This document shows positions 19,357 to 29,177 of a stretch of DNA of 64,000 bases, in pieces; position 1 is the stretch's first letter; every line of letters begins with the position of its first letter. The notes under the pieces were generated by a model, which was not told the DNA's origin, searched no databases, and worked only from the letters and a program-made list of their open reading frames with translations. The position numbers and the translations under genes are program-made. Origin of the DNA: Calothrix sp. NIES-2098 (GTDB taxonomy: Bacteria; Cyanobacteriota; Cyanobacteriia; Cyanobacteriales; Nostocaceae); the NCBI GenBank assembly GCA_002368175.1, contig AP018172.1:221599-285598 (forward strand), given 5' to 3'.

Positions 19357-20196
19357 ATGAGCAAAATACTAGAAACTAAAATTCTTAACTATCTCTCATA
19401 CTTAGGCGATTCAGAGTACATGGTTGAGATTGTTACATCACCTGGTGCAGTTGATAGCCTCATTAAGTTACTTCATAGCGATAATCCAGAAATTGTTAGC
19501 TACGCTTCTCTTTTTATTACAGATTTTGTTCTTAGCGGTTCTCGGAACAATATTTGCAAAGAATCCTGGGAAACTCAGCTACGGTCGAAAATTATTGCGG
19601 AACTAGAGCATCTTGTACTTATAAATAACCACTTCATACGTAAACAAGTAATCTATACCCTAGGAAAAATATGCAGTTATGATAGCGTACCTGTTCTGCT
19701 TCAAGCATTTCATGAACTACGCGATCGCGATCCAATTTTATTACCCCGACTTGTAGGAGAGTTATTTTGGCTGGGAGTAGAAAATCGTTTTGATATACTT
19801 GAGATTGCGATCGCCAGCAAACACTACACAACTCGCTGGGCTGTCTTAGAACTTTTAGGTGAATTTATTTATCGCGTTCCAGATGAAGAGGATGAAACGT
19901 TTTTAATGCAGTACAAGTTTTATGAACAGCTACGTCATGACTCACATAGATTTGTGAAGACGGAGGCAGAGTATAAATATCAAATTTCAGAATTGAATCA
20001 TCGTAAACATCAAGAAAATATGTCTAAATCCGAGTACAAAAAATTATACAGGGAATTAAATAAATTAAAACCCTCGCTGACTTTTTTTGGAATTAGTCTT
20101 CAATTTTGTAATTATATGTCGAGGAATAATCTATCTATATACACCATAGAAGAGCTAGAAAATTTTATTGATAACAAACTTAAACAAGAACTGTGA
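19357..20196 (+). CDS. Hypothetical alpha-helical (HEAT/ARM-like) protein
   Basis: Predicted helical repeats (...LIKLLHSDNPEIVSYASLFI..., ...VPVLLQAFHELRDRDPILLPRLV...). Divergent from the WD40 gene with near-overlapping 5' ends. Start is uncertain (19333, 19357 or 19420). Confidence 0.45.
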   Translation: MSKILETKILNYLSYLGDSEYMVEIVTSPGAVDSLIKLLHSDNPEIVSYASLFITDFVLSGSRNNICKESWETQLRSKIIAELEHLVLINNHFIRKQVIYTLGKICSYDSVPVLLQAFHELRDRDPILLPRLVGELFWLGVENRFDILEIAIASKHYTTRWAVLELLGEFIYRVPDEEDETFLMQYKFYEQLRHDSHRFVKTEAEYKYQISELNHRKHQENMSKSEYKKLYRELNKLKPSLTFFGISLQFCNYMSRNNLSIYTIEELENFIDNKLKQEL

Positions 20197-20293
20197 CCAG
20201 AACTAGCCAAGATTTGTTGTTGGGGTTACGTTGTCGAAATTGTCTTAGATATAATTTATCAACATTTTCATCAAGAATAAATTTGAGAGTCAT
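20177..20293 (-). pseudogene. Truncated remnant (38 codons) of a DUF5615 (Mut7-C/PIN-like) toxin gene
   Basis: The minus-strand ATG overlaps the DUF433 stop in another frame: MTLKFILDENVDKLYLRQFRQRNPNNKSWLVLVTVLV*. The N-terminal M.K..LDEN motif is typical of DUF5615, but the gene stops after 38 aa where about 110 aa are expected. Confidence 0.45.
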
Positions 20294-20621
20294 CTGTTTT
20301 GTTCATGGCTTCTCTTTCAGCTTTGAATTTTATCAGCTTGGCAACAACTGGCGGGGGGTTGCGGCGCTGTTCTTCCCGCACTTTATGACTCCACTCTAAC
20401 CAATCAGTCAGGTAGGCGCTGACAGCTTCTTTGTTATGCAGGTAATAAAGAATAGTTGCATATACTTGCTCTAAAGTCACCGAGGGATAGCTTTCAGCAA
20501 TTTCTTCTGGAGTACGACTGCGATGGATAAATTCATAAAGAATAGTTTCAATGCCTACTCTTGTACCTTTGAGTCGAATATCATCAGGACGCTGAAAATC
20601 AAAGTAATCTTCTAGAAGCAT
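20271..20621 (-). CDS. DUF433-family protein (antitoxin-like partner of DUF5615)
   Basis: MLLEDYFDFQRPDDIRLKGTRVGIETILYEFIHRSRTPEEIAESYPSVTLEQVYATILYY fits the characteristic DUF433 pattern. Confidence 0.7.
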   Translation of the reverse strand: MLLEDYFDFQRPDDIRLKGTRVGIETILYEFIHRSRTPEEIAESYPSVTLEQVYATILYYLHNKEAVSAYLTDWLEWSHKVREEQRRNPPPVVAKLIKFKAEREAMNKTDDSQIYS

Positions 20622-20961
20622 AATTTACCTTATTATTTATTGGGCTAAATATAATTTTACAGAGTTGCAAAATGTGTCTATAACATTCTGTTGAAAATTA
20701 GTTTATAAAATTTCATTGCTGCTAACACTTATTTTTCAAACATGATATAAGTAAGACTGCTATATTGACGCTAGTACAAATGTTCGGCACAAGCATCAAG
20801 AGAATGGCTAAGAATTACCAATTCCCCATAACCCATGCTATTTACCTGATTTCTCTGCGCTGGGAGTTGTTGGATAAATCCGAAATTCTCTGGCTGAACT
20901 AGTAGACAATCTATATTTCCTTGCTACACTTTTACTTCATTAGCCCAGCAAAAGAGCGCCT

Positions 20962-23900
20962 ATGGTTCATGTAAAGCGCGTCGAACTTACCAATTTTAAG
21001 TCCTTCGGTGGTACTACCCAAGTTCCTTTGCTGGGGGGGTTTACTGTCATATCTGGGCCGAATGGTTCTGGTAAATCGAATATTCTTGATGCGCTGCTGT
21101 TTTGTCTCGGACTCGCCAGTTCTAAGGGAATGCGAGCCGATCGCTTACCAGATTTGGTAAATAATACTCAAACAGCTAAAAGTCGTGCGACTGTGGAAGC
21201 TAGCGTCACGGTGACATTTGATATTACTGATGCAGTCTCCCTTAACGATACTAAGGCGCAAATTCAAGACAGCCTGGAAGAAATAGAAGTAATAGAAGTT
21301 GAGGAAACCGAGGAAACTGAGGAAGACAAGTCAAACTCAAAACTTCCTAATCCCGAAACGTCGAATGAGTGGAGTGTCACCAGAAAGCTGCGGGTGACGC
21401 ACCAGGGAACTTATACGTCAAATTACTATATCAATGGCGCATCTTGCACTCTCACAGAATTACATGAAGCCTTGGAGTCGCTGCGGATTTATCCCGAAGG
21501 CTACAACGTTGTCCTTCAAGGGGATGTCACCAGCATTATCTCGATGAACGCCAGAGAACGGCGGGAAATTATTGATGAATTGGCGGGGGTAGCAGCGTTC
21601 GATCGCAAGATTAACCAAGCCAAGGATACTTTAGATGAGGTGAAGGAGAAGGAAGATAGTTGTCGGATTATTGAGACAGAATTAACTGTACAACGCGATC
21701 GCCTTTCTCAAGACCGAGCCAAAGCCGAAAAATATCAAAAACTCCGCGCAGAATATCTATCTAAACAATCCTGGGAAGCTGTGTTATCGTGGCGTTCTCT
21801 ACAAGCACAGCAAGAAAAATTAGCTAACCAAATTCAAAATGGCGATCGCAAATCTCAAGAACTTTCGGCGGAACTGACAACTCTTAACACTACAATCGAG
21901 CAAACAACCGTTGAACTCGATCAACTCAATGCTCATGTGAAAGCTTTAGGGGAAGAAGAACTTTTAGCCGTACAATCTAACCTCGCCACCCAAGAAGCCG
22001 AACACAAACAACTCCAGCGTCAGCGCAGCGAATTAGAAACAGCTACCCAAGAAACTGCGAAACGTCAGGCGCAAAACCAGCAAGAAATTCAACAGCACCA
22101 ACGTTCCTTAGAACAAATTGCGGAAACCCAGGTTGTCGAAAAGCAATCGATTGTTTACTGTCAGCAACAAAGAGATGAAGCACAACAAGCTTTAGAAACT
22201 TCTCGCCAAGCAGCAGCAGAAATTGCTTCGGCTTCGGAAGCTTGGGTACAGCAACAAACGGCGTTAAACCGTCAAATAGAAACTCTGCTGCAAACTCTCG
22301 AACCGCAACGCACCGAACAAGCACAGCTAAGAGAACGTAACGATCAGCTACAGCAGCAAATTCAAGAGCAAACCCAGCTAGTTGCCACTTTAGAACCAGA
22401 ATTAGCCACAAAACAAGCTGAGTGTAGTCGTTTAGAAACAGAATTTAACACCTCTAGCGAACCAATCCAAAACTTAGCGCAAAATCTCGCCGCTACCGAA
22501 CAAGAACTGCAAATTCAACAAGATACGCAAAAGCGGCTTTTACAAGAACAACGGGAAAAACAACGACAATTAGATAAACTAGAAGCGCAAGCGCAAGCAC
22601 AGCAAGAAGTTCAAGGAACGCAAGCTAGCAAAGTCATCATGCAATCGGGAATGCCGGGACTTTGTGGCTTAGTGGTACAGTTAGGCAGAGTCGAACCCCG
22701 CTTTCAACTGGCTTTGGAAATTGCTGCGGGTGGACGTTTGGGACATATAGTGGTGGAAGATGATGGGGTCGCCGCTGCGGGAATTGAACTTTTAAAGCAG
22801 AAACGCGCCGGGAGAGCTACCTTTTTACCCTTAAATAAAATTAACGCTCCCAGATTTACCCAAGATGCCACACTGCGTTTAGCTGGTGGTTTCGTTAACT
22901 ATGCTGTTAACTTAGTTGAATGCGATCGCCGTTATAAAGATGTCTTTAGCTATGTTTTTGGTAACACCGTAGTATTTTCCACCCTCGAACAGGCGCGGAA
23001 AAACTTAGGCTTATACCGCATCGTCACTCTCGACGGGGAATTATTAGAAACTAGTGGCGCAATGACTGGTGGTAGTAACAACCAGCGTTCATCGTTGCGG
23101 TTTGGGAACGTGGAAGCCGCAGAACCGGAGGAAGTAGCCGCTTTAAGAAACCGCTTAGGGGAAATTGAACGAGTTTTAGAACGTTGTACTGAAGCCATCA
23201 ATAAGCTGTCAATCAAAACCAAAGCCTTGGCGCAAGAAGTCACAGAAGCACGTCAAGCACGGCGAGAACAGCAGTTGCAATTAGAACAATTGCAAAAAGA
23301 AATTAAAACTTTGACAGCGCAGTTAGAAAATACGCGATCGCAATTAGCGCAAAATAGTGAAAAATTCGCCACTGCGCAATCGCGCTTGGAGGTTCTGGCT
23401 CGGGAATTACCAGGACAAGAAACGCAGTTGCAACAATTGCGACAAACTTTAGCAGAATTAGAAGCATCGCAAACCCCCAGCGAATGGCAACAAATTCAAG
23501 CAACTATTAAAAACCAAGAGCAACAATTACAACAAAGAGAAACAGCATTACGCGAAGCCGAACAAAGATTAAAAAATCTCGAAAATCAGCAACAGCGCTT
23601 GCAAGAAAAAATCCAAGAAGCAGAGGAACGAATTACTCAATACCAGCAAGAACAAGAGACACAACAAAATCAATTAACAGCACTCAGCACTCAGCACTCA
23701 GCACTCAGCACGCAAATTGCTGAAACCCGTGTAAGGTTGAGTCAGATGGAACTTAATTTAGGCGAAGAAAAACAAAAACGCGATCGCACCGAACAAGAAT
23801 TGCGATCGCATCTCCTGCGTCAGCAACAATTAGAATGGGAATTGCAAAAACTCCAAGAAACTCTCGTAGCACGGCGAGAGGAATTAGTTAACGTCAAAGA

Positions 23901-24624
23901 GCAACTGCAAACCTTAGCACCAGAACTGCCCGATCCCTTACCAGAAGTCCCAGATCAAGTAGACTTAGAAGAATTGCAGAAAGAATTGCGATCGCTTGCC
24001 AAACGCCTGCAAGCAATGGAACCAGTAAATATGCTGGCTTTGGAAGAATACGAACGCACCCAAAACCGCCTGCAAGAACTGACACAAAAACTGGAAACCC
24101 TAGAAGCAGAGCGCACAGAATTACTTTTGCGGATTGAAAACTTTACTACCTTACGTCAACGCGCCTTTAAAGAAGCCTTCGACGCAGTTAACGAAAACTT
24201 CCAATCAATTTTCGCCACCCTTTCCGACGGTGACGGCTACCTGCAACTAGACGATCCCGAAGATCCCTTTAGCAGTGGGTTGAATTTAGTTGCACACCCC
24301 AAAGGTAAACCAGTGCAGCGATTAGCTTCCATGTCTGGGGGTGAAAAATCTCTGACAGCTTTAAGCTTTATCTTTTCCCTGCAACGCTATCGCCCTTCAC
24401 CCTTCTATGCCTTTGACGAAGTAGATATGTTTTTGGATGGGGCAAACGTAGAGCGATTAGCTAAAATGATTAAACAACAGGCAAAGCAAGCACAATTTAT
24501 AGTTGTGAGTTTGCGCCGCCCGATGATAGAATCAGCCGAACGCACAATTGGCGTTACTCAAGCACGGGGAGCGTATACCCAAGTTTTGGGAATTAAATTG
24601 CAAACCGACCATACATCTGCTTGA
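20962..24624 (+). CDS. smc: Chromosome segregation protein SMC
   Basis: Walker A in the N-terminal head (FTVISGPNGSGKSNILDALLFCLG). About 900 aa of coiled coil with a hinge (GMPGLCGLVVQLGRVEPRFQLALEIAAGGRLGHIVVED). C-terminal signature and Walker B (LSGGEKSLTALSFIFSLQRYRPSPFYAFDEVDMFLD). Length 1220 aa. Confidence 0.95.
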   Translation: MVHVKRVELTNFKSFGGTTQVPLLGGFTVISGPNGSGKSNILDALLFCLGLASSKGMRADRLPDLVNNTQTAKSRATVEASVTVTFDITDAVSLNDTKAQIQDSLEEIEVIEVEETEETEEDKSNSKLPNPETSNEWSVTRKLRVTHQGTYTSNYYINGASCTLTELHEALESLRIYPEGYNVVLQGDVTSIISMNARERREIIDELAGVAAFDRKINQAKDTLDEVKEKEDSCRIIETELTVQRDRLSQDRAKAEKYQKLRAEYLSKQSWEAVLSWRSLQAQQEKLANQIQNGDRKSQELSAELTTLNTTIEQTTVELDQLNAHVKALGEEELLAVQSNLATQEAEHKQLQRQRSELETATQETAKRQAQNQQEIQQHQRSLEQIAETQVVEKQSIVYCQQQRDEAQQALETSRQAAAEIASASEAWVQQQTALNRQIETLLQTLEPQRTEQAQLRERNDQLQQQIQEQTQLVATLEPELATKQAECSRLETEFNTSSEPIQNLAQNLAATEQELQIQQDTQKRLLQEQREKQRQLDKLEAQAQAQQEVQGTQASKVIMQSGMPGLCGLVVQLGRVEPRFQLALEIAAGGRLGHIVVEDDGVAAAGIELLKQKRAGRATFLPLNKINAPRFTQDATLRLAGGFVNYAVNLVECDRRYKDVFSYVFGNTVVFSTLEQARKNLGLYRIVTLDGELLETSGAMTGGSNNQRSSLRFGNVEAAEPEEVAALRNRLGEIERVLERCTEAINKLSIKTKALAQEVTEARQARREQQLQLEQLQKEIKTLTAQLENTRSQLAQNSEKFATAQSRLEVLARELPGQETQLQQLRQTLAELEASQTPSEWQQIQATIKNQEQQLQQRETALREAEQRLKNLENQQQRLQEKIQEAEERITQYQQEQETQQNQLTALSTQHSALSTQIAETRVRLSQMELNLGEEKQKRDRTEQELRSHLLRQQQLEWELQKLQETLVARREELVNVKEQLQTLAPELPDPLPEVPDQVDLEELQKELRSLAKRLQAMEPVNMLALEEYERTQNRLQELTQKLETLEAERTELLLRIENFTTLRQRAFKEAFDAVNENFQSIFATLSDGDGYLQLDDPEDPFSSGLNLVAHPKGKPVQRLASMSGGEKSLTALSFIFSLQRYRPSPFYAFDEVDMFLDGANVERLAKMIKQQAKQAQFIVVSLRRPMIESAERTIGVTQARGAYTQVLGIKLQTDHTSA

Positions 24625-24682
24625 GTTTTTGTTAATAATAGTGTATAGATTAACCGGATTCGAGATCAGGACTCGGTATAGA

Positions 24683-25669
24683 ATGACCTCTGAACAGATA
24701 ATTAGGCGTTCCGACATATTAAATACTCAGGTGATTACCCGCGATAACGGTAAGCGAGTAGGCATCGTCAGTCAAGTCTGGGTGGATATTGACCAGCGAG
24801 AGGTTGTGGCTCTTGGCTTGAGAGACAGCCTGATCTCTATTTCTGGTATACCGCGCAATATGTACCTTAGCAGTATCAGCCAGATTGGTGATGTCATCCT
24901 GGTAGATAACGAGGACGTAATTGAAGATATTGAAGTTGAAACTTTAAGCAACCTGATTAACTGGGAAGTAATTACAGAAACCGGCGAAGTACTAGGTAGA
25001 GTGCGGGGCTTCAAATTCAATGGTGAAAATGGCAAACTTCATTCCATAGTCATCGCTTCTTTGGGATTGCCACAAATACCTGAGCAAGTCTTGAGTACTT
25101 ACGAACTATCAATTGAAGAAATCGTCAGCACAGGCCCCAGCAGATTAATTGTATTTGAAGGAGCCGAAGAACGCGCCAACCAGTTGACAGTTGGCTTGCT
25201 AGAACGCTTAGGTATTGGTAAAGCACCTTGGGAACGCGATGTTGATGAAGAATACGGCTATAGCGCCCCTCGCACCGTCGCACCCGCGAATCAACTACCC
25301 AGCGGTGTACCATTACAACCACCCAAGCCCAAAGTTCGCACCCCCGAACCCGTAGCACGGGAAGAATGGGATGAGGACTATGTGGAAGAAGAAAGACCCC
25401 AGCGCCAAGTAATGCAGGCGCGTCAATACGAATCGATTCAATACGAAGAAGACGACGAAGAAGACAATTGGAGTGAGGCGACAGATAAAGACAGGTATCA
25501 ACAACCTGCTAAATTTGAAGCTCAACCCTACAAAAAACCATACGCCGACGAATACGACAATTATGACGATGTAGATGGCGATGCTTGGGACGATGCACCA
25601 AAGCCCGTCAACATTCCGAAGAAAGTCAAAGAAAAACAACCCGAATACGAAGAAGAAGGCGGATATTAA
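24683..25669 (+). CDS. PRC-barrel domain protein with an acidic C-terminal tail (hypothetical)
   Basis: MTSEQIIRRSDILNTQVITRDNGKRVGIVSQVWVDIDQREVVALGL contains two PRC-barrel-like segments, then a Glu/Asp/Tyr-rich tail. It lies directly downstream of smc and starts at the ATG at 24683. Confidence 0.65.
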   Translation: MTSEQIIRRSDILNTQVITRDNGKRVGIVSQVWVDIDQREVVALGLRDSLISISGIPRNMYLSSISQIGDVILVDNEDVIEDIEVETLSNLINWEVITETGEVLGRVRGFKFNGENGKLHSIVIASLGLPQIPEQVLSTYELSIEEIVSTGPSRLIVFEGAEERANQLTVGLLERLGIGKAPWERDVDEEYGYSAPRTVAPANQLPSGVPLQPPKPKVRTPEPVAREEWDEDYVEEERPQRQVMQARQYESIQYEEDDEEDNWSEATDKDRYQQPAKFEAQPYKKPYADEYDNYDDVDGDAWDDAPKPVNIPKKVKEKQPEYEEEGGY

Positions 25670-25685
25670 ACTTATCCCTAACTCC

Positions 25686-25725
25686 AAACCCCTCCTTGCT
25701 CACGAGTAAGGAGGGGTTTTATTTT
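25686..25725 (+). terminator. Rho-independent terminator of the smc/PRC-barrel operon
   Basis: AAACCCCTCCTT-(10 nt loop)-AAGGAGGGGTTT followed by TATTTT. Confidence 0.85.
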
Positions 25726-25790
25726 GACTTGATTTTAAAATTTGCCGACTACACTACAAAAACCTTATTTCTCGGTCTTCTTCATCTCAA

Positions 25791-26549
25791 TTAACTACAG
25801 GTAGGTGCTGAAGCCGAGTTCATCTTTGTTAAATCGCCAGTAAATACAGCTGTGTATTGATAAGGTGATGAACCAGAACAATTCATTGCACTTGTATTAG
25901 TGCGGCGGGGAGTCCACCAGGATTTTGCCCCTACAGTTAAATTTGCACCATTCCATAATAAACTGTTGACTAGTAAAGAATTAGTTTTACCATCATTTGG
26001 TCTTTTAGCAGTTAGAAATGTGGCATATCTAACGTTACCATTGGTTGGATCGATCCGGGCGATAATTGCTACTTTGGGCCCGCCACCACTACCATAACTA
26101 GTTAGCCAACGACCAATAGCAAAGCGCCCAAAATTATTTCCTGATTGGGTTCCGGTGGAGGAGAAAACACCATATAAAACGCTTCCTCCATCCCAAAGCA
26201 AGCCATAGCCTGAACCATCATCACCAGTTGTTTCATAATCGCTACGACACCATCTTTTAACACCATTATCAAAACGGACGATGCGAGGATCTTTGTTACT
26301 AGATGATACTTGCTGATAACCTATGTAGATTGTTGTCGAGCCAATAGTTACTTTGGGGCCATTTTTAGCTTTGATTGTTGCTTCACTGTCATTACAAGTA
26401 AATGTCACTGCACTACCAACAGATGACTGTACAGCAGTAGTTTGAGCAACTGCGAAAGGAGCTATTCCTGCGATCGCTAAATCAGCTCCTAATATCACTG
26501 ATAGAGATAGGAAAGCCAAATTTTTTGGCAATTTGTGATTATAACTCAT
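25791..26549 (-). CDS. Secreted hypothetical protein (signal peptide, Gly/Ser/Thr-rich)
   Basis: N-terminus MSYNHKLPKNLAFLSLSVILGADLAIAGIAPFAVAQ is a signal peptide. No recognisable catalytic motif. Confidence 0.5.
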   Translation of the reverse strand: MSYNHKLPKNLAFLSLSVILGADLAIAGIAPFAVAQTTAVQSSVGSAVTFTCNDSEATIKAKNGPKVTIGSTTIYIGYQQVSSSNKDPRIVRFDNGVKRWCRSDYETTGDDGSGYGLLWDGGSVLYGVFSSTGTQSGNNFGRFAIGRWLTSYGSGGGPKVAIIARIDPTNGNVRYATFLTAKRPNDGKTNSLLVNSLLWNGANLTVGAKSWWTPRRTNTSAMNCSGSSPYQYTAVFTGDLTKMNSASAPTCS

Positions 26550-26821
26550 TGAATTGAGTTGATTAGATTACTTGATGTTTAAAAAATTAAAATACCATAA
26601 AGTTTAAGAAATATTTCAGTAAAGCTAAATTTTTGTTAGATTTTTTGAGCGTGTGTTGTTATTAAGCATCAAGTTGAATGTTAAAATCCTAGCTTCTTTG
26701 TATTTTTCTAGTTACAGATTTCTTACTAAAAAGACACAAAGTATTTTCAAGTTAGTTCTTCACTGAAAAATCCTACAACCCTCTTCTCCGTTTCCTATTG
26801 TTAAGATAGAGATTTTACTTC

Positions 26822-28453
26822 TTAGAAATTTAAAATGTCTAAAGACTTTTCAATTTCCAAATCTAGAATTCTTTCCCTTGCATCATTGTGTTCTGCTATC
26901 TTGCCTTCTTTCCAATAAATCTCGGCTGCTTTTTGAAAATCCTCAAGTGCGCCTTGCTTATCTCCTAAACTGAAACGAGCATGACCGCGGTTATAATAAG
27001 CATCTACATAATTAGTGTTAAGCTTAATTGCCTGAGTGTAATCTATGATTGCAGCCTGATAATTTCCTAAGTCAAAATGAGTGTTACCTCGGCTGTAATA
27101 AGCATCAACATAGTTAGGATTAATTTTGATTGCCTGAGTATAATCGGCAATTGTTCCTTCATAATCTCCTAAGTCTGCACGCGCTTGACCGCGGTTATAG
27201 TAAGCAACAGCATCATGAGGATCTATCTTAATTGCTTGCGTAAATTTTTGCTGTTCTAATAATAAATAACGAGAAATATTACTGTTTTTATTAGTAATGG
27301 CATAATGAGGATTAATTTTGATTGCCTGCGTGTAATCTTCAATTGCTCCTTGAGCATCTCCTAGATGGGAACGAGCATCAGCACGGTTTTTATAAGTAAC
27401 AGCAACATGGGGATTAATTCTGATAGCTTGCGTATAATCTTCAATTGCTGCTTGATATTCTCCAAGCTGATAACGAGCTAAACCACGCTGATTATAAGCT
27501 TTGCTGTGATTAAGATTAATTTGGATAACTTGAGTATAGTCTGCGATCGCACCTTCGTAATCTCCTAGGTGATAGCGCACCATACCGCGTTTGTAATATA
27601 CCTCAGCATTATGCGGATTCAGTTGCAAGGCTTGATTATAGTTAACAATCGCTGTATCAGATTCACCTTGCTCGAAAGATTTATCGCCTAGATTCTCATA
27701 AAACTGATTTAAGTCGGGTTCATACTCAAAGAAAATCTCTTCTTTTGCCGGATATTCTAATAGCTTGGTTAGTTGATTATTATTTTGATTACTTGGTATA
27801 ACTTGCTGGCGATCGTAAGTATAAATTGCAGATTCTTTTTGATTAGGTGTAGCAGCCAGTAACTGTTCCAAATAACACTGCAAACCCCCACCATACAGCA
27901 ATTGATTAATACCAAAGGAAATTCTTCCAGTTTTTAACTTAATCATTTTTGTAGGCAAAAAGCCAGCCAAAAAAAGGTGATATTCGCTCTGCGCTTCATG
28001 CACTTCTTCTTGAATGAGAACACAGACTACAACTGCATTTTTCTCAACTTCTTCGGAACTCACAGACCATCTAACTTTATCAAGACTGCCATGACGGGAT
28101 TTGACCTCAACACCAATTGATGGGTCAGAAGTTAGGGTGAAATCAATTTTTCCATCCCCACCAAATCGCTTTTCATAATCTACTTCTGTAATAAAATCAG
28201 CTAACCGTTCTTTAACAACTTCTTCGCCAAGTTTGCCTTTTAAGTTGCTAATAAAAACGTCACGAACTAGCGAAGTACGTTTATATTTTTCTGCCATCTG
28301 CCAGCAAAATTCTCTGAGTGCTTTTAACCTCTCTCCAGAGATTATAGTTAGTTCGCTATATTGACCTTCTGTTTCACAATGAAGCAGACAACCAGTTGTT
28401 AACCTCTTAATAAAATCAGACTGTAGCGATCGCAGTAAGGTAATCCAATCCAT
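26822..28453 (-). CDS. Two-domain protein: N-terminal PD-(D/E)xK nuclease-like domain plus C-terminal TPR repeats
   Basis: N-terminal about 230 aa contain ...EEVVKERLADFITEV...GDGKIDFTLTSDPSIGVEVKSR, a D-x12-E-x-K arrangement. The C-terminus has about 7 tandem 34-aa TPR units (A..Y..AI.DYTQAI.INP...AY.NRG.AR..LGDY.GAI). One unit is degenerate (YAITNKNSNISRYLLLEQQKFTQAIKIDPHD). Confidence 0.6.
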   Translation of the reverse strand: MDWITLLRSLQSDFIKRLTTGCLLHCETEGQYSELTIISGERLKALREFCWQMAEKYKRTSLVRDVFISNLKGKLGEEVVKERLADFITEVDYEKRFGGDGKIDFTLTSDPSIGVEVKSRHGSLDKVRWSVSSEEVEKNAVVVCVLIQEEVHEAQSEYHLFLAGFLPTKMIKLKTGRISFGINQLLYGGGLQCYLEQLLAATPNQKESAIYTYDRQQVIPSNQNNNQLTKLLEYPAKEEIFFEYEPDLNQFYENLGDKSFEQGESDTAIVNYNQALQLNPHNAEVYYKRGMVRYHLGDYEGAIADYTQVIQINLNHSKAYNQRGLARYQLGEYQAAIEDYTQAIRINPHVAVTYKNRADARSHLGDAQGAIEDYTQAIKINPHYAITNKNSNISRYLLLEQQKFTQAIKIDPHDAVAYYNRGQARADLGDYEGTIADYTQAIKINPNYVDAYYSRGNTHFDLGNYQAAIIDYTQAIKLNTNYVDAYYNRGHARFSLGDKQGALEDFQKAAEIYWKEGKIAEHNDARERILDLEIEKSLDILNF

Positions 28454-28509
28454 TGATATTTCTGCGAGTCTTTTGATGAGATTATTTTATAAAAATATCG
28501 AATTGGCGT

Positions 28510-28610
28510 AAACCAATGTCATTGGTCATTATTCATTAGTTATTAGCCATTTCTCCCCACACCCCCCACACTTCCCACACTTCCCACACTCCCTCATCCT
28601 TTGCCTAATT
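28510..28610. repeat. Dispersed intergenic repeat, copy 3 (GTCATTGGTCATT...CCCCACACTTCCCACACTTCCCACAC)
   Basis: Sequence is caatgtcattggtcattattcattagttattagccatttctccccacaccccccacacttcccacacttcccacactccctcatcc. Confidence 0.7.
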
Positions 28611-28777
28611 ACAATCGATCCTCCCCGGCCAGCCTGAACAAGGTAAGCTAGGGAGGATCTGTGAGAGATGAAACAACAAAATGCGATCGCAAGGGCAATT
28701 CGCTAAGCTAGGGTGTACTCTCATCCCTCAAGAGTACGCCTCACTGCTAACTCTGGGATATCTTGACGATTAAGTAA

Positions 28778-29035
28778 TTAAAACACCTCATCTTCAATAC
28801 CGCGCCACCATTCTCCCAACTTCATCAAATCTTCGTGAATATCTTGTAATTCGGTGTCGTATTCATTGTCCGAAAGCATGGCGCGACGTTCTTGAAGTTT
28901 TTTGAGGCGTAGTTGCACTAATAGCCAAGGTTTCGAGATGCTATTGGTTGCTTCCATGTATTGAGCCAACTGTTTACTATTCATAATATTTATATTTTCA
29001 ATGCCATTACTTTTTAAGATACATGAGACAGCCAC
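28778..29035 (-). CDS. Small hypothetical protein (68-85 aa)
   Basis: ORF only. Internal candidate start MNSKQLAQYMEATNS at 28984. No recognisable domain. Confidence 0.3.
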   Translation of the reverse strand: MAVSCILKSNGIENINIMNSKQLAQYMEATNSISKPWLLVQLRLKKLQERRAMLSDNEYDTELQDIHEDLMKLGEWWRGIEDEVF

Positions 29036-29177
29036 GAGTGGCCACTTTTCTTCAACAGAACTACTGTGTTAATTTCTCCGGCAAATCAAAAGCAGCCACG
29101 ATGCAATATCTGTGACTGCTAGCAAGATTAATAAACCCAATTAATTTTTCTGGCTTTACTAGCTATTTTTCAGCCAG

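Noticed and set aside
22043-22411. Minus-strand ORFs inside smc (also 22950-23243, 23303-23503, 23894-24085)
   Set aside because: They are antisense to a 1220-aa SMC gene with strong motifs. They are typical spurious ORFs in repetitive coiled-coil DNA.
23687-23712. CACTCAG x3 tandem repeat inside smc
   Set aside because: It encodes an in-frame Ser/Thr/Gln stretch (ALSTQHSALSTQ) in the coiled coil. It is probably a benign slippage repeat and was not reported as a feature.
24548-24682. Upstream extension of the PRC-barrel ORF into the smc 3' end (MALLKHGERIPKF...)
   Set aside because: It overlaps the smc C-terminus in another frame. The ATG at 24683 gives a clean N-terminus after the smc stop.
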